This document shows, one piece after another, positions 40,645 to 49,752 of a stretch of 64,000 nucleotides of DNA (within the stretch, counting starts at the first letter, position 1; every line of letters begins with the position of its first letter). The DNA comes from an uncultured Algoriphagus sp. (lineage in GTDB: Bacteria > Bacteroidota > Bacteroidia > Cytophagales > Cyclobacteriaceae). The stretch is from positions 103,424-167,423 of the forward strand of contig NZ_CAXBET010000009.1 in NCBI RefSeq assembly GCF_963974835.1. Reading direction: 5' to 3'. The position numbers and the translations under genes were made by a program. A model generated the notes under the pieces. The model did no database searches. It had not been told where the DNA came from and saw only the letters and a list, made by a program, of their open reading frames with translations.

Positions 40645-41256
40645 ATGGGAATTACAGATCGCAAAGAAAGAGAGAAGGAAGAATTAAGAGAGACAATATT
40701 GAAAGCTGCAAAGTCATTGTTTCTTGAAAGAGGAATTGAAAAGACCTCAATGAGAACCATTGCTGATAAGATCGAATATAGCCCTGGGATAATTTACCAT
40801 TACTTCAAGGACAAAAACGAGATTTTCCATGCGCTTCATCAAGAAGGCTTTAAAGCACTTAGTGAAAAAATGGAGGTTCTCTCGGTAGTGCAGGATCCTT
40901 TGGAAAGAATCAAAGCTATGGGTAAGATCTATGTAAAATTTGCAATGGAAAACCCTGATATGTACGACCTTATGTTTATTAAAGACGCTCCTATGTGTCA
41001 TGTAAATGATTCTGAAAAAGAAGAATGGAAAGAAGGCTGGTTTGCATTTAATGGGCTTAGAATGACAATAGTAGAATCTCTTGAAAAAGGATACTTCCCT
41101 GGTCATGACGCTGAGTCATTAGCTTATATGGTATGGTCTACTGTGCATGGATTAGTTTCTTTGAATATCAGAAAACGTTGTGAAGTCATAGATATACCAC
41201 GTAGAGAAAATATTGTAAGCGATGGCTTAGAGGCTTTCTTTAAAATCTTGGGGTAA
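40645..41256 (+). CDS. TetR/AcrR family transcriptional regulator
   Basis: ILKAAKSLF...TSMRTIADKIEYSPGIIYHYFKDK HTH; WSTVHG. Confidence 0.93.
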   Translation: MGITDRKEREKEELRETILKAAKSLFLERGIEKTSMRTIADKIEYSPGIIYHYFKDKNEIFHALHQEGFKALSEKMEVLSVVQDPLERIKAMGKIYVKFAMENPDMYDLMFIKDAPMCHVNDSEKEEWKEGWFAFNGLRMTIVESLEKGYFPGHDAESLAYMVWSTVHGLVSLNIRKRCEVIDIPRRENIVSDGLEAFFKILG

Positions 41257-41277
41257 CTCCCTTTTTTTTGCACCACC

Positions 41278-41294
41278 ATTAAACACTGTTCATT
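41278..41294. promoter_or_regulatory. Second copy of the palindrome, putative TetR operator O2
   Basis: ATTAAACA-C-TGTTCATT, same left arm and near-identical right arm, 19 nt upstream of tolC. Confidence 0.65.
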
Positions 41295-41313
41295 ATTTTA
41301 ACGATGTATTAAA

Positions 41314-42669
41314 ATGAAAATTTACACTTGGATTTTGCTCTTTCCTCTCAGCATTCTAGTCAGTAAGCCACTACTAGCACAAGGCATTTTGAAGGAATAT
41401 ATTGAACTGGGAATAGAGAATAACTTGGTCCTTCAAGAGAAAGACATTTCTATCGATAAAAGCATGCTGGCACTGCAGGATGCCAAAAGTTACTTTTTGC
41501 CTGTAGTTGATTTTGGTATGACCTATAACCTTGCAAAAGGAGGAAGAAAGATAAATTTCCCTGTGGGAGATTTGCTGAATGAAGCCTACAGAACGCTAAA
41601 TGAATTGACTCAATCCTCCCAATTTCCTCAACTGGATAACGTCAATGTGAATTTTCTTCCAAACGATTTTTATGATGCCCGATTCCGGGTTTCCATGCCA
41701 ATCATTAATCCGGACCTCTCCTACCAAAAAGACATTCGCGAAAAACAGGTACAGGTTACCGAGTATGACTTAGCCATTTATAAAGCCACACTCATACAGG
41801 ACATTAAGCTGGCATACTACGATTTTTGTACCGCCCACACTGCAATTGAGGTAATAGCCAGCTCGAAAGAACTGGTAGAGCACAACCTGAAAGACAATGA
41901 GTCACTTCTCAAAAACGGAACTGGACTCCACGCTTCAGTACTTCGTGCAGAAAGTGAAGTTGAAAACATCAATGCATTGATGATAGAGGCTGAAAACAGA
42001 GAGAAAAATGCAATCTACTATCTCAACTTCCTCTTAAATAGACCATTGGACAGCCCCTTAGTTTTCAAAGAACAGGCTCCTGATTGGGATTTGATCAATA
42101 CGCTCACACAAGATGAAAACCTTTCAGGAAGACCCGAGCTATTGCAGATATCAACTTACCAAGCTATTCAGGAAACTCAATTGAAAGCCAGTCAGAATTT
42201 CTGGATTCCAAGACTAAACACATTCGCAGATTTGGGAAGCCAGGCTTTCAACTTTGAATTCAGTAGCCAAAACAGCGCCTACGTCTTTTTCGGACTTAAT
42301 CTTTCCATGCCTGTCTTTCAAGGCGGTAGAAATAGAAACCAAATACAGCGCTCTCAGCTGGAACTTCAAACTATTTCTATCCAGGAAAACCTATTGGAAA
42401 ACAAGCTTAATCTAGACCTCAAACTTGCCAAAAATCAATTAAAAACGAGTGAGGCTTCGTACCGATCCGCAGAGAAAAAGACCGAATCCTCGAGTGCCTA
42501 TCTCAGATTGGTTGATCGAGGATTTAAGGAAGGCGCCAATTCCTTGATTGAATTTATAGACGCTAGAAATCAATACACGCAAGCCGCTTTACAGAAAACC
42601 ATTAACGCCTACGCTTTGCTGAAGGCACAGGCGACACTTGAAAGACAACTGCTCACTGACACTTACTAA
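41314..42669 (+). CDS. TolC family outer membrane efflux protein
   Basis: Signal peptide, YFLPVVD, FWIPRL, coiled-coil repeats, operon context. Confidence 0.9.
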   Translation: MKIYTWILLFPLSILVSKPLLAQGILKEYIELGIENNLVLQEKDISIDKSMLALQDAKSYFLPVVDFGMTYNLAKGGRKINFPVGDLLNEAYRTLNELTQSSQFPQLDNVNVNFLPNDFYDARFRVSMPIINPDLSYQKDIREKQVQVTEYDLAIYKATLIQDIKLAYYDFCTAHTAIEVIASSKELVEHNLKDNESLLKNGTGLHASVLRAESEVENINALMIEAENREKNAIYYLNFLLNRPLDSPLVFKEQAPDWDLINTLTQDENLSGRPELLQISTYQAIQETQLKASQNFWIPRLNTFADLGSQAFNFEFSSQNSAYVFFGLNLSMPVFQGGRNRNQIQRSQLELQTISIQENLLENKLNLDLKLAKNQLKTSEASYRSAEKKTESSSAYLRLVDRGFKEGANSLIEFIDARNQYTQAALQKTINAYALLKAQATLERQLLTDTY

Positions 42670-42671
42670 TC

Positions 42672-43724
42672 ATGAAAAAATCTACACAACTCTCCGCTAT
42701 TTTTCTCTTCGCAGGATTGCTTTATGGCTGCAAAGAAGCAGAAACAAAAAGTCTGATTCCACCAAAAGGTGAGGTGATCCCAGTCAAAGTGCAAGCTCTC
42801 CAAAAAGGAAGTTTTTCTACTCCCATTACCACAAGTGGGAATTTCACCACAAAAAATGAAACCACACTTTCATTTAAGGTTGGCGGAATTGTTTCTAAAG
42901 TGTATGTACAAGAAGGTGAACAGGTTAAGAAGGGACAGCTATTAGCAACGCTGAACCTGACCGAGATTCAATCCGGCTTAAATCAAGCCAAAATCAGTTT
43001 GGAAAAGGCACAAAGAGACTTTGACAGAGCTTCCAGACTTTTTGCGGACAGTGTAGCCACTTTAGAGCAAAAGCAAAATGCAGAAACCGCACTAGAAATA
43101 GCCAAGCAGCAGTTCAACGCTTCTCAGTTCAATCTGGATTACTCGCAGATCAGAGCAAATCAAAGTGGTTTTGTCTTAACAAAATTTGTAAATGAAGGCC
43201 AGCAAGTGACCTCTGGATCGCCTGTCCTGAGAATAAACGGAGCCAATGCTAGTGATTGGGTATACCAAACCAGCGTAAATGATCAGAATTGGGCATCTAT
43301 TTCCTTGGGCGATTCTGCAAGCATTGTAACAGATACTGATGAAAGAAACTCTTTTTCTGGAAAGATCATCCGTAAGAGCCAAGCTGCTGATCCAGTCACT
43401 GGCGCTTTTTGGATAGAGATTTCTCCAGACTATCCTGCTGATATGAAATTGGCCTCAGGCATGTTTGGAAGAGCAACTATTTTCCCAAGTAATCGAACTG
43501 AAGCATGGCAAATCCCTTACGAATCTCTCTTAGACGCCCAAGGTGATCAAGGCTATGTATTTGTCACTAAAGACAAGAAAATGGCCGAAAAGGTTGAAGT
43601 AAAGCTGGGCAAAATCTCTTCCCAGTCGGTGCAAGTAACTGCTGGATTGGCAGAATATCCCTTTTTGATTATCTCCGGATCAGCCTACCTCACAGATCAG
43701 TCTCAAATCCAAATTCAGAACTAA
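42672..43724 (+). CDS. RND periplasmic adaptor (MFP), lipoprotein
   Basis: Lipobox LYG-C; LSFKVGGIVSKVYVQEGEQVKKGQLLA lipoyl motif; ADPVTG. Confidence 0.92.
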   Translation: MKKSTQLSAIFLFAGLLYGCKEAETKSLIPPKGEVIPVKVQALQKGSFSTPITTSGNFTTKNETTLSFKVGGIVSKVYVQEGEQVKKGQLLATLNLTEIQSGLNQAKISLEKAQRDFDRASRLFADSVATLEQKQNAETALEIAKQQFNASQFNLDYSQIRANQSGFVLTKFVNEGQQVTSGSPVLRINGANASDWVYQTSVNDQNWASISLGDSASIVTDTDERNSFSGKIIRKSQAADPVTGAFWIEISPDYPADMKLASGMFGRATIFPSNRTEAWQIPYESLLDAQGDQGYVFVTKDKKMAEKVEVKLGKISSQSVQVTAGLAEYPFLIISGSAYLTDQSQIQIQN

Positions 43725-43725
43725 G

Positions 43726-46700
43726 ATGCGAATATCAGATTTTGCTGTAAAAAATTATCAGTTCACACTGATCATTTTCCTGATGGCCATTGCCGTTGGG
43801 GTGACGACTTTTTTCAACATGCCAAGAAGTGAAGATCCTGTAATTGAGGCTCCTCAGTTCCCCGTTGTAGTCGTTTATCCCGGTGCTAGTCCAGAGGACA
43901 TGGAAGAGTTGGTTGTGGATCCGCTTGAAAATGTGATTTATGGGTTGGAGGATATTAAGCGAGTTAAGACGGAGATTCAGGATGGCGTGGCTGTGATCTT
44001 TGTAGAGTACAACTACAATGAGGATGTAAATGAAAAGTATCAAGAATTGGTACGAGAAGTAAACTCCCTTCGACCTGATTTACCCGCTGATATTTACAGT
44101 ATAGAAATCAGAAAGGTCAGACCTTCTGATGTAAATATCCTTCAGCTTGCTTTGATCTCAGAAAATGCCTCGAAAGAACAAATGAAGCGTTATTCCGATC
44201 GGCTTCAGGATGCCTTGGAGAAAATCAACGAATTGAAGAAAGTAGAAATTCATGGGATTCCAGATCAAATCGTCAGAGTTGACTTAAGCTTGGATAAAAT
44301 CTCCGAAATGAATATTCCGATCAATGCAATCATCGGAAGTATCCAAAGTGAATTGGCGAATATTCCCGGGGGAGCCGTGGAAGCTGGAAGCAAATCCTTT
44401 AATGTAAAAACCAGCGGAAATTATACTTCTGCATTAGAAATCGCCGAGACTATTATATTCTCCTATCAGGGTAAAAATATAGCATTGAAAGATGTAGCCA
44501 CGGTACAAAATGACTTTGAAGATCAAAAGCATGTGACCAGACTGAATGGCTATCGCTCCCTATTCATCACAGCCGCCATGAAGGAAGGAAATAACATTTC
44601 CTCTCTTCAAGAAAAGTATCTTCCAGTACTGGAATCCTTCAAATCCGAATTGCCTGAAAATATTGCTCTAGTTACAGCTTTTGATCAGGCAGACTATGTA
44701 AACCGACGTTTGAGTGGCTTGGGGACAGATTTTCTGATAGCCATAGGATTGGTTTTCATTACGCTTTTGCCACTTGGAAATCGAGCTTCACTGATAGTGA
44801 TGATCTCCATTCCTCTTTCACTTGCCATAGGTTTGGTATTGCTAAACGCCTTTGGTTTTGGGCTTAATCAGCTGAGTATTGTTGGGTTGGTAGTCGCACT
44901 CGGGCTTTTGGTAGATGACAGCATCGTGGTGGTTGAGAACATTGAGCGATGGATACGAGAAGGACATTCTAGACTGGATGCGGCACTTTTGGCCACCAAA
45001 CAGATTTCTGTTTCCGTGGTTGGCTGTACCATTACACTGATCATTGCCTTTATGCCTTTGGTATTCTTGCCCGAGGGTTCCGGAGATTTCATTCGCAGTT
45101 TGCCTTTGGCGGTTATCATGAGTGTGCTCGCCTCCATGCTAGTTTCGCTGACCATTATTCCATTTTTGGCATCCAGAATCCTAAAAGAACATGGTGGGAG
45201 TGAAAATCGAGTTTTAACTTTCGTCCAAAAAGCGATACATGCTAGCTATGCGCCGGTTTTAGAGAAAGCTTTAAATAAGCCTGTACGCACGCTGACGATT
45301 GCAGGAGGAATATTCGCTGCTTCATTAATTCTATTTCCTATCATTGGCTTTAGTCTTTTTCCTCCATCCGAAAAGCCGCAATTCCTCATAAACATCACCA
45401 CTCCCCTACAGTCCAACCTGGCAACGACAGATCAGGTAGCTCAAGAGGTAGAAGCTGAACTCAGCAAAGTACCTGAGCTAATGAATTTTTCCACTAACGT
45501 AGGAAAGGGAAACCCAAGGATCTATTACAATGAAATCCCAGAGAATGAGCGCACGGATTACGCCCAAATCTTTGTTCAACTTGATCCAAGTACTTCCCCA
45601 CCCAAAAAAATGGCGCTTATTGAAGATCTGAAAAGTAAATTTATTGGGTATGCTGGCGCAAAAATAGAAGTGAAAAACTTCGAACAAGGTCCTCCTGTGA
45701 CAGCTCCAGTGGAAGTAAGACTTAGCGGAGAAAACCTGGACACGCTCAGAAATCTAGCCTCCCGAGTTGAAAATCTCCTTAAAAACACAGAAGGAACACT
45801 CTACATCAACAACCCAATATCAAATCTAAAAACAGACATCAGAGTAGCTATTCAAAAGGATAAAGCAAGACAACTGGGAATCAATATTGCAGATATTGAC
45901 CGGACGGTGAGATTGGCAATAGCAGGATTAACCTTGGGGACTTTCACTGACGAGTTAGGATCTGAACGTGACATTGTAGTCACAAGCCCACGTGTTGCAA
46001 AGGCTACTCTGGCTAATTTTGATGGCCTACACATCAATAACCAACAGGGAGCAGCAATCCCTTTATCTCAGATTGCAGATTTAAAATTGGAAAGTAGTAA
46101 CCTTTCCATAGATCATTTCAATAAAATACGATCCGTTTCCGTCTCTGCCTTCGTAAATCCTAATTACCTGAATGACCGAGTGATAGCAGACGTTATTTCA
46201 AAAATGGATCAAATATCATTACCGGAAGGATACAGTTTCACTATGGGTGGAGAATATGAAACAAGGCAAGAGTCCTTCGCAGGATTTAATACAGTAATAA
46301 TTGTCACCGTTTTCTTATTCATTGCCGTTTTAATTTTGCTTTTCAAAACCTTTAAGAGCACAATTATCGTATTGTCTGTCATCCCTCTCGGAATGGTAGG
46401 AGCTTTAATTGCACTTTGGGTAACCGGGAACTCTTTATCCTTTGTAGCGATTATTGGCCTGATTGCGTTAGCAGGAATAGAAGTGAAGACATCAATATTA
46501 CTAGTGGATTTTACAAACCAACTCAGATTAGAAGGAAAAGCATTGAATGAAGCGATTCGTGAAGCTGGTGAGGTTCGCTTCTTACCTATTGTGCTGACTA
46601 CAGTTACTGCAATAGGCGGTTTGATTCCAATAGCAATCTCTACCAATCCGTTAATCTCGCCTCTGGCCATAGTTTTAATAGGCGGTTTGATCAGCTCTAC

Positions 46701-46758
46701 ACTACTCTCAAGAATCGTAACTCCAGTTATGTATAAACTATTACCACCTAAAATATAG
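43726..46758 (+). CDS. RND efflux permease (AcrB/AcrD/AcrF family)
   Basis: YPGASPEDME, GLLVDDSIVVVENI (TM4 Asp pair), GIEVKTSILLVD (TM10 Lys), PLAIVLIGGL. Confidence 0.95.
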   Translation: MRISDFAVKNYQFTLIIFLMAIAVGVTTFFNMPRSEDPVIEAPQFPVVVVYPGASPEDMEELVVDPLENVIYGLEDIKRVKTEIQDGVAVIFVEYNYNEDVNEKYQELVREVNSLRPDLPADIYSIEIRKVRPSDVNILQLALISENASKEQMKRYSDRLQDALEKINELKKVEIHGIPDQIVRVDLSLDKISEMNIPINAIIGSIQSELANIPGGAVEAGSKSFNVKTSGNYTSALEIAETIIFSYQGKNIALKDVATVQNDFEDQKHVTRLNGYRSLFITAAMKEGNNISSLQEKYLPVLESFKSELPENIALVTAFDQADYVNRRLSGLGTDFLIAIGLVFITLLPLGNRASLIVMISIPLSLAIGLVLLNAFGFGLNQLSIVGLVVALGLLVDDSIVVVENIERWIREGHSRLDAALLATKQISVSVVGCTITLIIAFMPLVFLPEGSGDFIRSLPLAVIMSVLASMLVSLTIIPFLASRILKEHGGSENRVLTFVQKAIHASYAPVLEKALNKPVRTLTIAGGIFAASLILFPIIGFSLFPPSEKPQFLINITTPLQSNLATTDQVAQEVEAELSKVPELMNFSTNVGKGNPRIYYNEIPENERTDYAQIFVQLDPSTSPPKKMALIEDLKSKFIGYAGAKIEVKNFEQGPPVTAPVEVRLSGENLDTLRNLASRVENLLKNTEGTLYINNPISNLKTDIRVAIQKDKARQLGINIADIDRTVRLAIAGLTLGTFTDELGSERDIVVTSPRVAKATLANFDGLHINNQQGAAIPLSQIADLKLESSNLSIDHFNKIRSVSVSAFVNPNYLNDRVIADVISKMDQISLPEGYSFTMGGEYETRQESFAGFNTVIIVTVFLFIAVLILLFKTFKSTIIVLSVIPLGMVGALIALWVTGNSLSFVAIIGLIALAGIEVKTSILLVDFTNQLRLEGKALNEAIREAGEVRFLPIVLTTVTAIGGLIPIAISTNPLISPLAIVLIGGLISSTLLSRIVTPVMYKLLPPKI

Positions 46759-46762
46759 AACT

Positions 46763-47011
46763 ATGAACCAACACTTTACACTACTAAAAAAAGCCATTGA
46801 AGTTTTTCACTCTTATGGCATCACGCTGATTGGTCAGCAAAAAAATGCTGATTTTATTCACCAATTGCATATGGACCCGGTATTTATCAACGGATTGATA
46901 TTTGAATTGGAATATCAACTACAGGTAATTTTTCAAGATGAAAAACTAGGCACTGTGAATACACCAAAGGATTTAATTGCACTTCTAGTCAATATCCCAC
47001 AGAGTAACTAA
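46763..47011 (+). CDS. Acyl-carrier-protein-like protein lacking the conserved Ser
   Basis: NADFIHQLHMDPVFINGLIFELEYQLQVIFQDEKLGTVNTPKDL aligns by eye with E. coli AcpP [44 protein letters not shown]; DSL is replaced by DPV. Confidence 0.72.
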   Translation: MNQHFTLLKKAIEVFHSYGITLIGQQKNADFIHQLHMDPVFINGLIFELEYQLQVIFQDEKLGTVNTPKDLIALLVNIPQSN

Positions 47012-47039
47012 GAATTGATTTGGAAGTTGAACCAACTTA

Positions 47040-47074
47040 AAAGGGCTGCATTCTTAATTGAATGCAGCCCTTTT
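47040..47074. terminator. Bidirectional intrinsic terminator closing the RND operon
   Basis: AAAGGGCTGCATTC-TTAATT-GAATGCAGCCCTTT perfect stem. Confidence 0.9.
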
Positions 47075-47102
47075 CTATTTTCAGGTGTCCTTTAAGGATT
47101 AA

Positions 47103-47576
47103 TTACTTTTCAACTCGGTCATAAATAATGCCCACCGAGCTCGCTGTAATAGGCATTATGGTATGAAGTTCAGAATTCTTGTTTCTGAGTTGAAATTCTC
47201 TGATTTCGTTTTCTCTATCAATTAAACTTAGACCTTCCTTGTCCGAATACATCGTTCCACCTAAGTTCATGTAATGCTCTGTAATCGAAACAGCTACTTT
47301 ATTTTCAACGATTTGGTAGTTGCCATTAAAATATTCCAGAAAGCCTAACACATTCTTGCTCTCCATCTCTCTAACAGAAACCTCAGAATAAACCTCACCA
47401 TCTGACTTGAAATCAATTGAATACACTATATCATAGGACTGATCAGAATTTGTATATTCAATGACCTTTTGCCATTGGTTCTGAGTCAATACTTCGGGGT
47501 TGATTTCATCATTATCCTTGCAACTGAAGAGAAGTAGTCCAAGGACGATTAGAGGTAAAAGTCTTTTAATCAGCAT
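47103..47576 (-). CDS. Hypothetical lipoprotein (paralog of 47599..48057)
   Basis: Lipobox LLFS-C; beta-rich. Confidence 0.8.
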   Translation of the reverse strand: MLIKRLLPLIVLGLLLFSCKDNDEINPEVLTQNQWQKVIEYTNSDQSYDIVYSIDFKSDGEVYSEVSVREMESKNVLGFLEYFNGNYQIVENKVAVSITEHYMNLGGTMYSDKEGLSLIDRENEIREFQLRNKNSELHTIMPITASSVGIIYDRVEK

Positions 47577-47598
47577 AGTGTTTTTATATTAGATAAAA

Positions 47599-48057
47599 CT
47601 ATTTGATTTTTTTATATGGCTGCGGCGGAATACAATTTGCGTTAGGTGGACAACTAAAATAGAATTTAGAGAAATCATCCGAAATCAAATATTCATCCAC
47701 GCGTTCAAAACCTTGTACTAAATTAAGCTTATCTTTTGTCGTATAGGTAATGTCTGGATCATTCAAATATGCAGCCTTTTTAAGAGTAACCGAAAGTTTG
47801 CTGCCTTCAATTTTATAGGTCCCTTCTACCTCACTTGTGTAGCCCAAGTCAACACTAGAGCCATTTTCTCTGACAGTTCCAGTTCCAATTATAGTCCCAT
47901 CAGCATTAATTTGAATTGTCTCCACCCGATCATATTCAGAATTTTTATAAACGGCTTCCCAGGTACCTACTAGGCTTTGATCAGGTTTTCCCTCCTCCTT
48001 ATCGCAGGAAAAAAGCAGAAATGAAACGATGCACAAATAAAACAAACTTACTTTCAT
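47599..48057 (-). CDS. Hypothetical lipoprotein, lipocalin-like (LVGTW)
   Basis: Lipobox LLFS-C; SLVGTWEA; GTYKIEGSKL. Confidence 0.8.
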   Translation of the reverse strand: MKVSLFYLCIVSFLLFSCDKEEGKPDQSLVGTWEAVYKNSEYDRVETIQINADGTIIGTGTVRENGSSVDLGYTSEVEGTYKIEGSKLSVTLKKAAYLNDPDITYTTKDKLNLVQGFERVDEYLISDDFSKFYFSCPPNANCIPPQPYKKIK

Positions 48058-48216
48058 AAGAAACTTGGATTTAGTTCAACTCCAATATGAGCTTTCAAAC
48101 AATTTGAAAATCATTTCCATTACGATTTGAAACAGGCAAACGATACAAGAAAATCAAGATCCCCTTATCAAAAAACCAGATCTAATGTAATTTGCAGCAT
48201 CTACATTAAATACCCC

Positions 48217-48432
48217 ATGGAAAAGAAGACTCTCCCCGGAACCATCCGAAAAAATATCCAAATCGACAGCGAAGTCACCATTGTACAAAAACACCATCAG
48301 AGATCTGGTGAACTCACCGAAGGCTTCGTCAAGCGAATTTTAACCTCCTCTCCAACACACCACCATGGAATCAAAGTAATGCTGGACACCGGAGAAGTGG
48401 GAAGAGTAGTAGACGTCTTTGTCGAAGACTAA
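48217..48432 (+). CDS. YwbE/DUF2196 family protein
   Basis: VQKHHQRSGELTEGFVKRILTSSPTHHHGIKVMLDTGEVGRV; ATG 48217 preferred. Confidence 0.88.
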   Translation: MEKKTLPGTIRKNIQIDSEVTIVQKHHQRSGELTEGFVKRILTSSPTHHHGIKVMLDTGEVGRVVDVFVED

Positions 48433-48897
48433 CTAGACCGTTGGACGATGTTTCTTTTTCAACCCATTCAAGAAATTCCTGAGAATTTGATCCTTACAAG
48501 GTCTGTATTGCGACTGGCTAGGTTTTCTGAAAAAGGCACTCAACTCGTGTGGACTGATATGCATGCCAACGGAAGAAAGAATTTCAAGCACATCGTCTTC
48601 CTTCAGATTCAGGGCTATTCGAAGTTTCCTGAAAATGATATTGTTATTTAAGGACTTTTCAGGCTTTGGGTCCTCACCTTCCTTTTTCCCTCTTTTTTCG
48701 ATGATAAAGCCGTTCAAAAAAGCTGCAAGATCTTTGTCCACAATGGCCTGAAAATGCTCCTCGTCATCATTTTTCAAAAAATTTGCTACTTCCTCACGCT
48801 TTAAATCCAATCCTCCCTCCTTAAAAATGCCGACCATTTCAGGGTCTTTAAAGTTAAAAATATAGCGTATCGTCCGTAAAATATCTGAATTAGTCAT
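48433..48897 (-). CDS. DUF1456 (YehS) family protein
   Basis: MTNSDILR...AFLNGFII...LNNNIIFRKLRIALNL...LRNFLNGL; -7 box TACCTTTG at 48923-48930. Confidence 0.88.
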   Translation of the reverse strand: MTNSDILRTIRYIFNFKDPEMVGIFKEGGLDLKREEVANFLKNDDEEHFQAIVDKDLAAFLNGFIIEKRGKKEGEDPKPEKSLNNNIIFRKLRIALNLKEDDVLEILSSVGMHISPHELSAFFRKPSQSQYRPCKDQILRNFLNGLKKKHRPTV

Positions 48898-49161
48898 GAA
48901 TGCTCTTTGGCGGTTTGTAATTCAAAGGTAAGGATGAATTAGGAATTGCTGGTTGAAAATTAGCAATCCAACGTTTTTCACAAATTCATTCATAGTAAAA
49001 GAGAAGGTTGTAATCAGCTCGCAATTGTCCTGCTTGAGGAAAAGCAGGACATAGATGGAATCCTAACCAAACTAATCGTGTAACACAAAGGGTGGACCTT
49101 GGTTAAAGTCTGAAGGCTTGTTTTATGCCAAACTGGATTGAATTAAATCTCGAAAGTTTGA

Positions 49162-49599
49162 TCAACCCTGAGGCGCAGCTTCAGCAAAAGAGATCATCCA
49201 ATTGATGCCAAATCGATCTGTGAGCATCCCAAAATAATCTCCCCAGAATGTAGTATCCATAGCCATTGTTACCTTTCCACCAGCAGAAAGCTGTTCAAAA
49301 AAGCTATCAGCTTTTTCCTTAGAGTCTGTATTTATAGAAATTGAAAAATTGTTTCCTACGGTAATGGGTCCGCCATGTCCACCTGTATCCGATCCCATTA
49401 AAACACAATCTTTGCTAATCGGTAAACTTATGTGCATAATTTGGTTTCGAAACTCATCTCCAACCGGATAGGTCGGATCAGCAGGCATATCAGAAAATCT
49501 TCCAACATGAGCGAATTCTCCTCCGAAAACAGAGCGATAAAAGCTGAAAGCATTTTCACAGTTGCCTTCAAAGGTTAAGTATGTATTTAAAGTTGTCAT
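49162..49599 (-). CDS. VOC/PhnB-like glyoxalase family protein
   Basis: TYLTFEGNCENAFSFYRSVFGG, IMHISL, TFWGDYFGMLTDRFGINWMI. Confidence 0.92.
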   Translation of the reverse strand: MTTLNTYLTFEGNCENAFSFYRSVFGGEFAHVGRFSDMPADPTYPVGDEFRNQIMHISLPISKDCVLMGSDTGGHGGPITVGNNFSISINTDSKEKADSFFEQLSAGGKVTMAMDTTFWGDYFGMLTDRFGINWMISFAEAAPQG

Positions 49600-49752
49600 T
49601 TTGATCTGGGTTATAAATTGATCGGTGTAGCCAAACTTTTATTCGAAAAATAAATTTACATGAGTTAGACCTAAGCGACAAGAATAAACATTGAACATTT
49701 TCTTTCTTTAATTTAGAATGGGAAGATAGACATGCCTGTATTTATGTAATTC

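Noticed and set aside
49026-49051. Perfect 10-bp hairpin TGTCCTGCTT-GAGGAA-AAGCAGGACA in an intergenic region
   Set aside because: No U tract on either strand and no second copy noticed; it cannot be assigned as a terminator, REP or ncRNA from this window alone.
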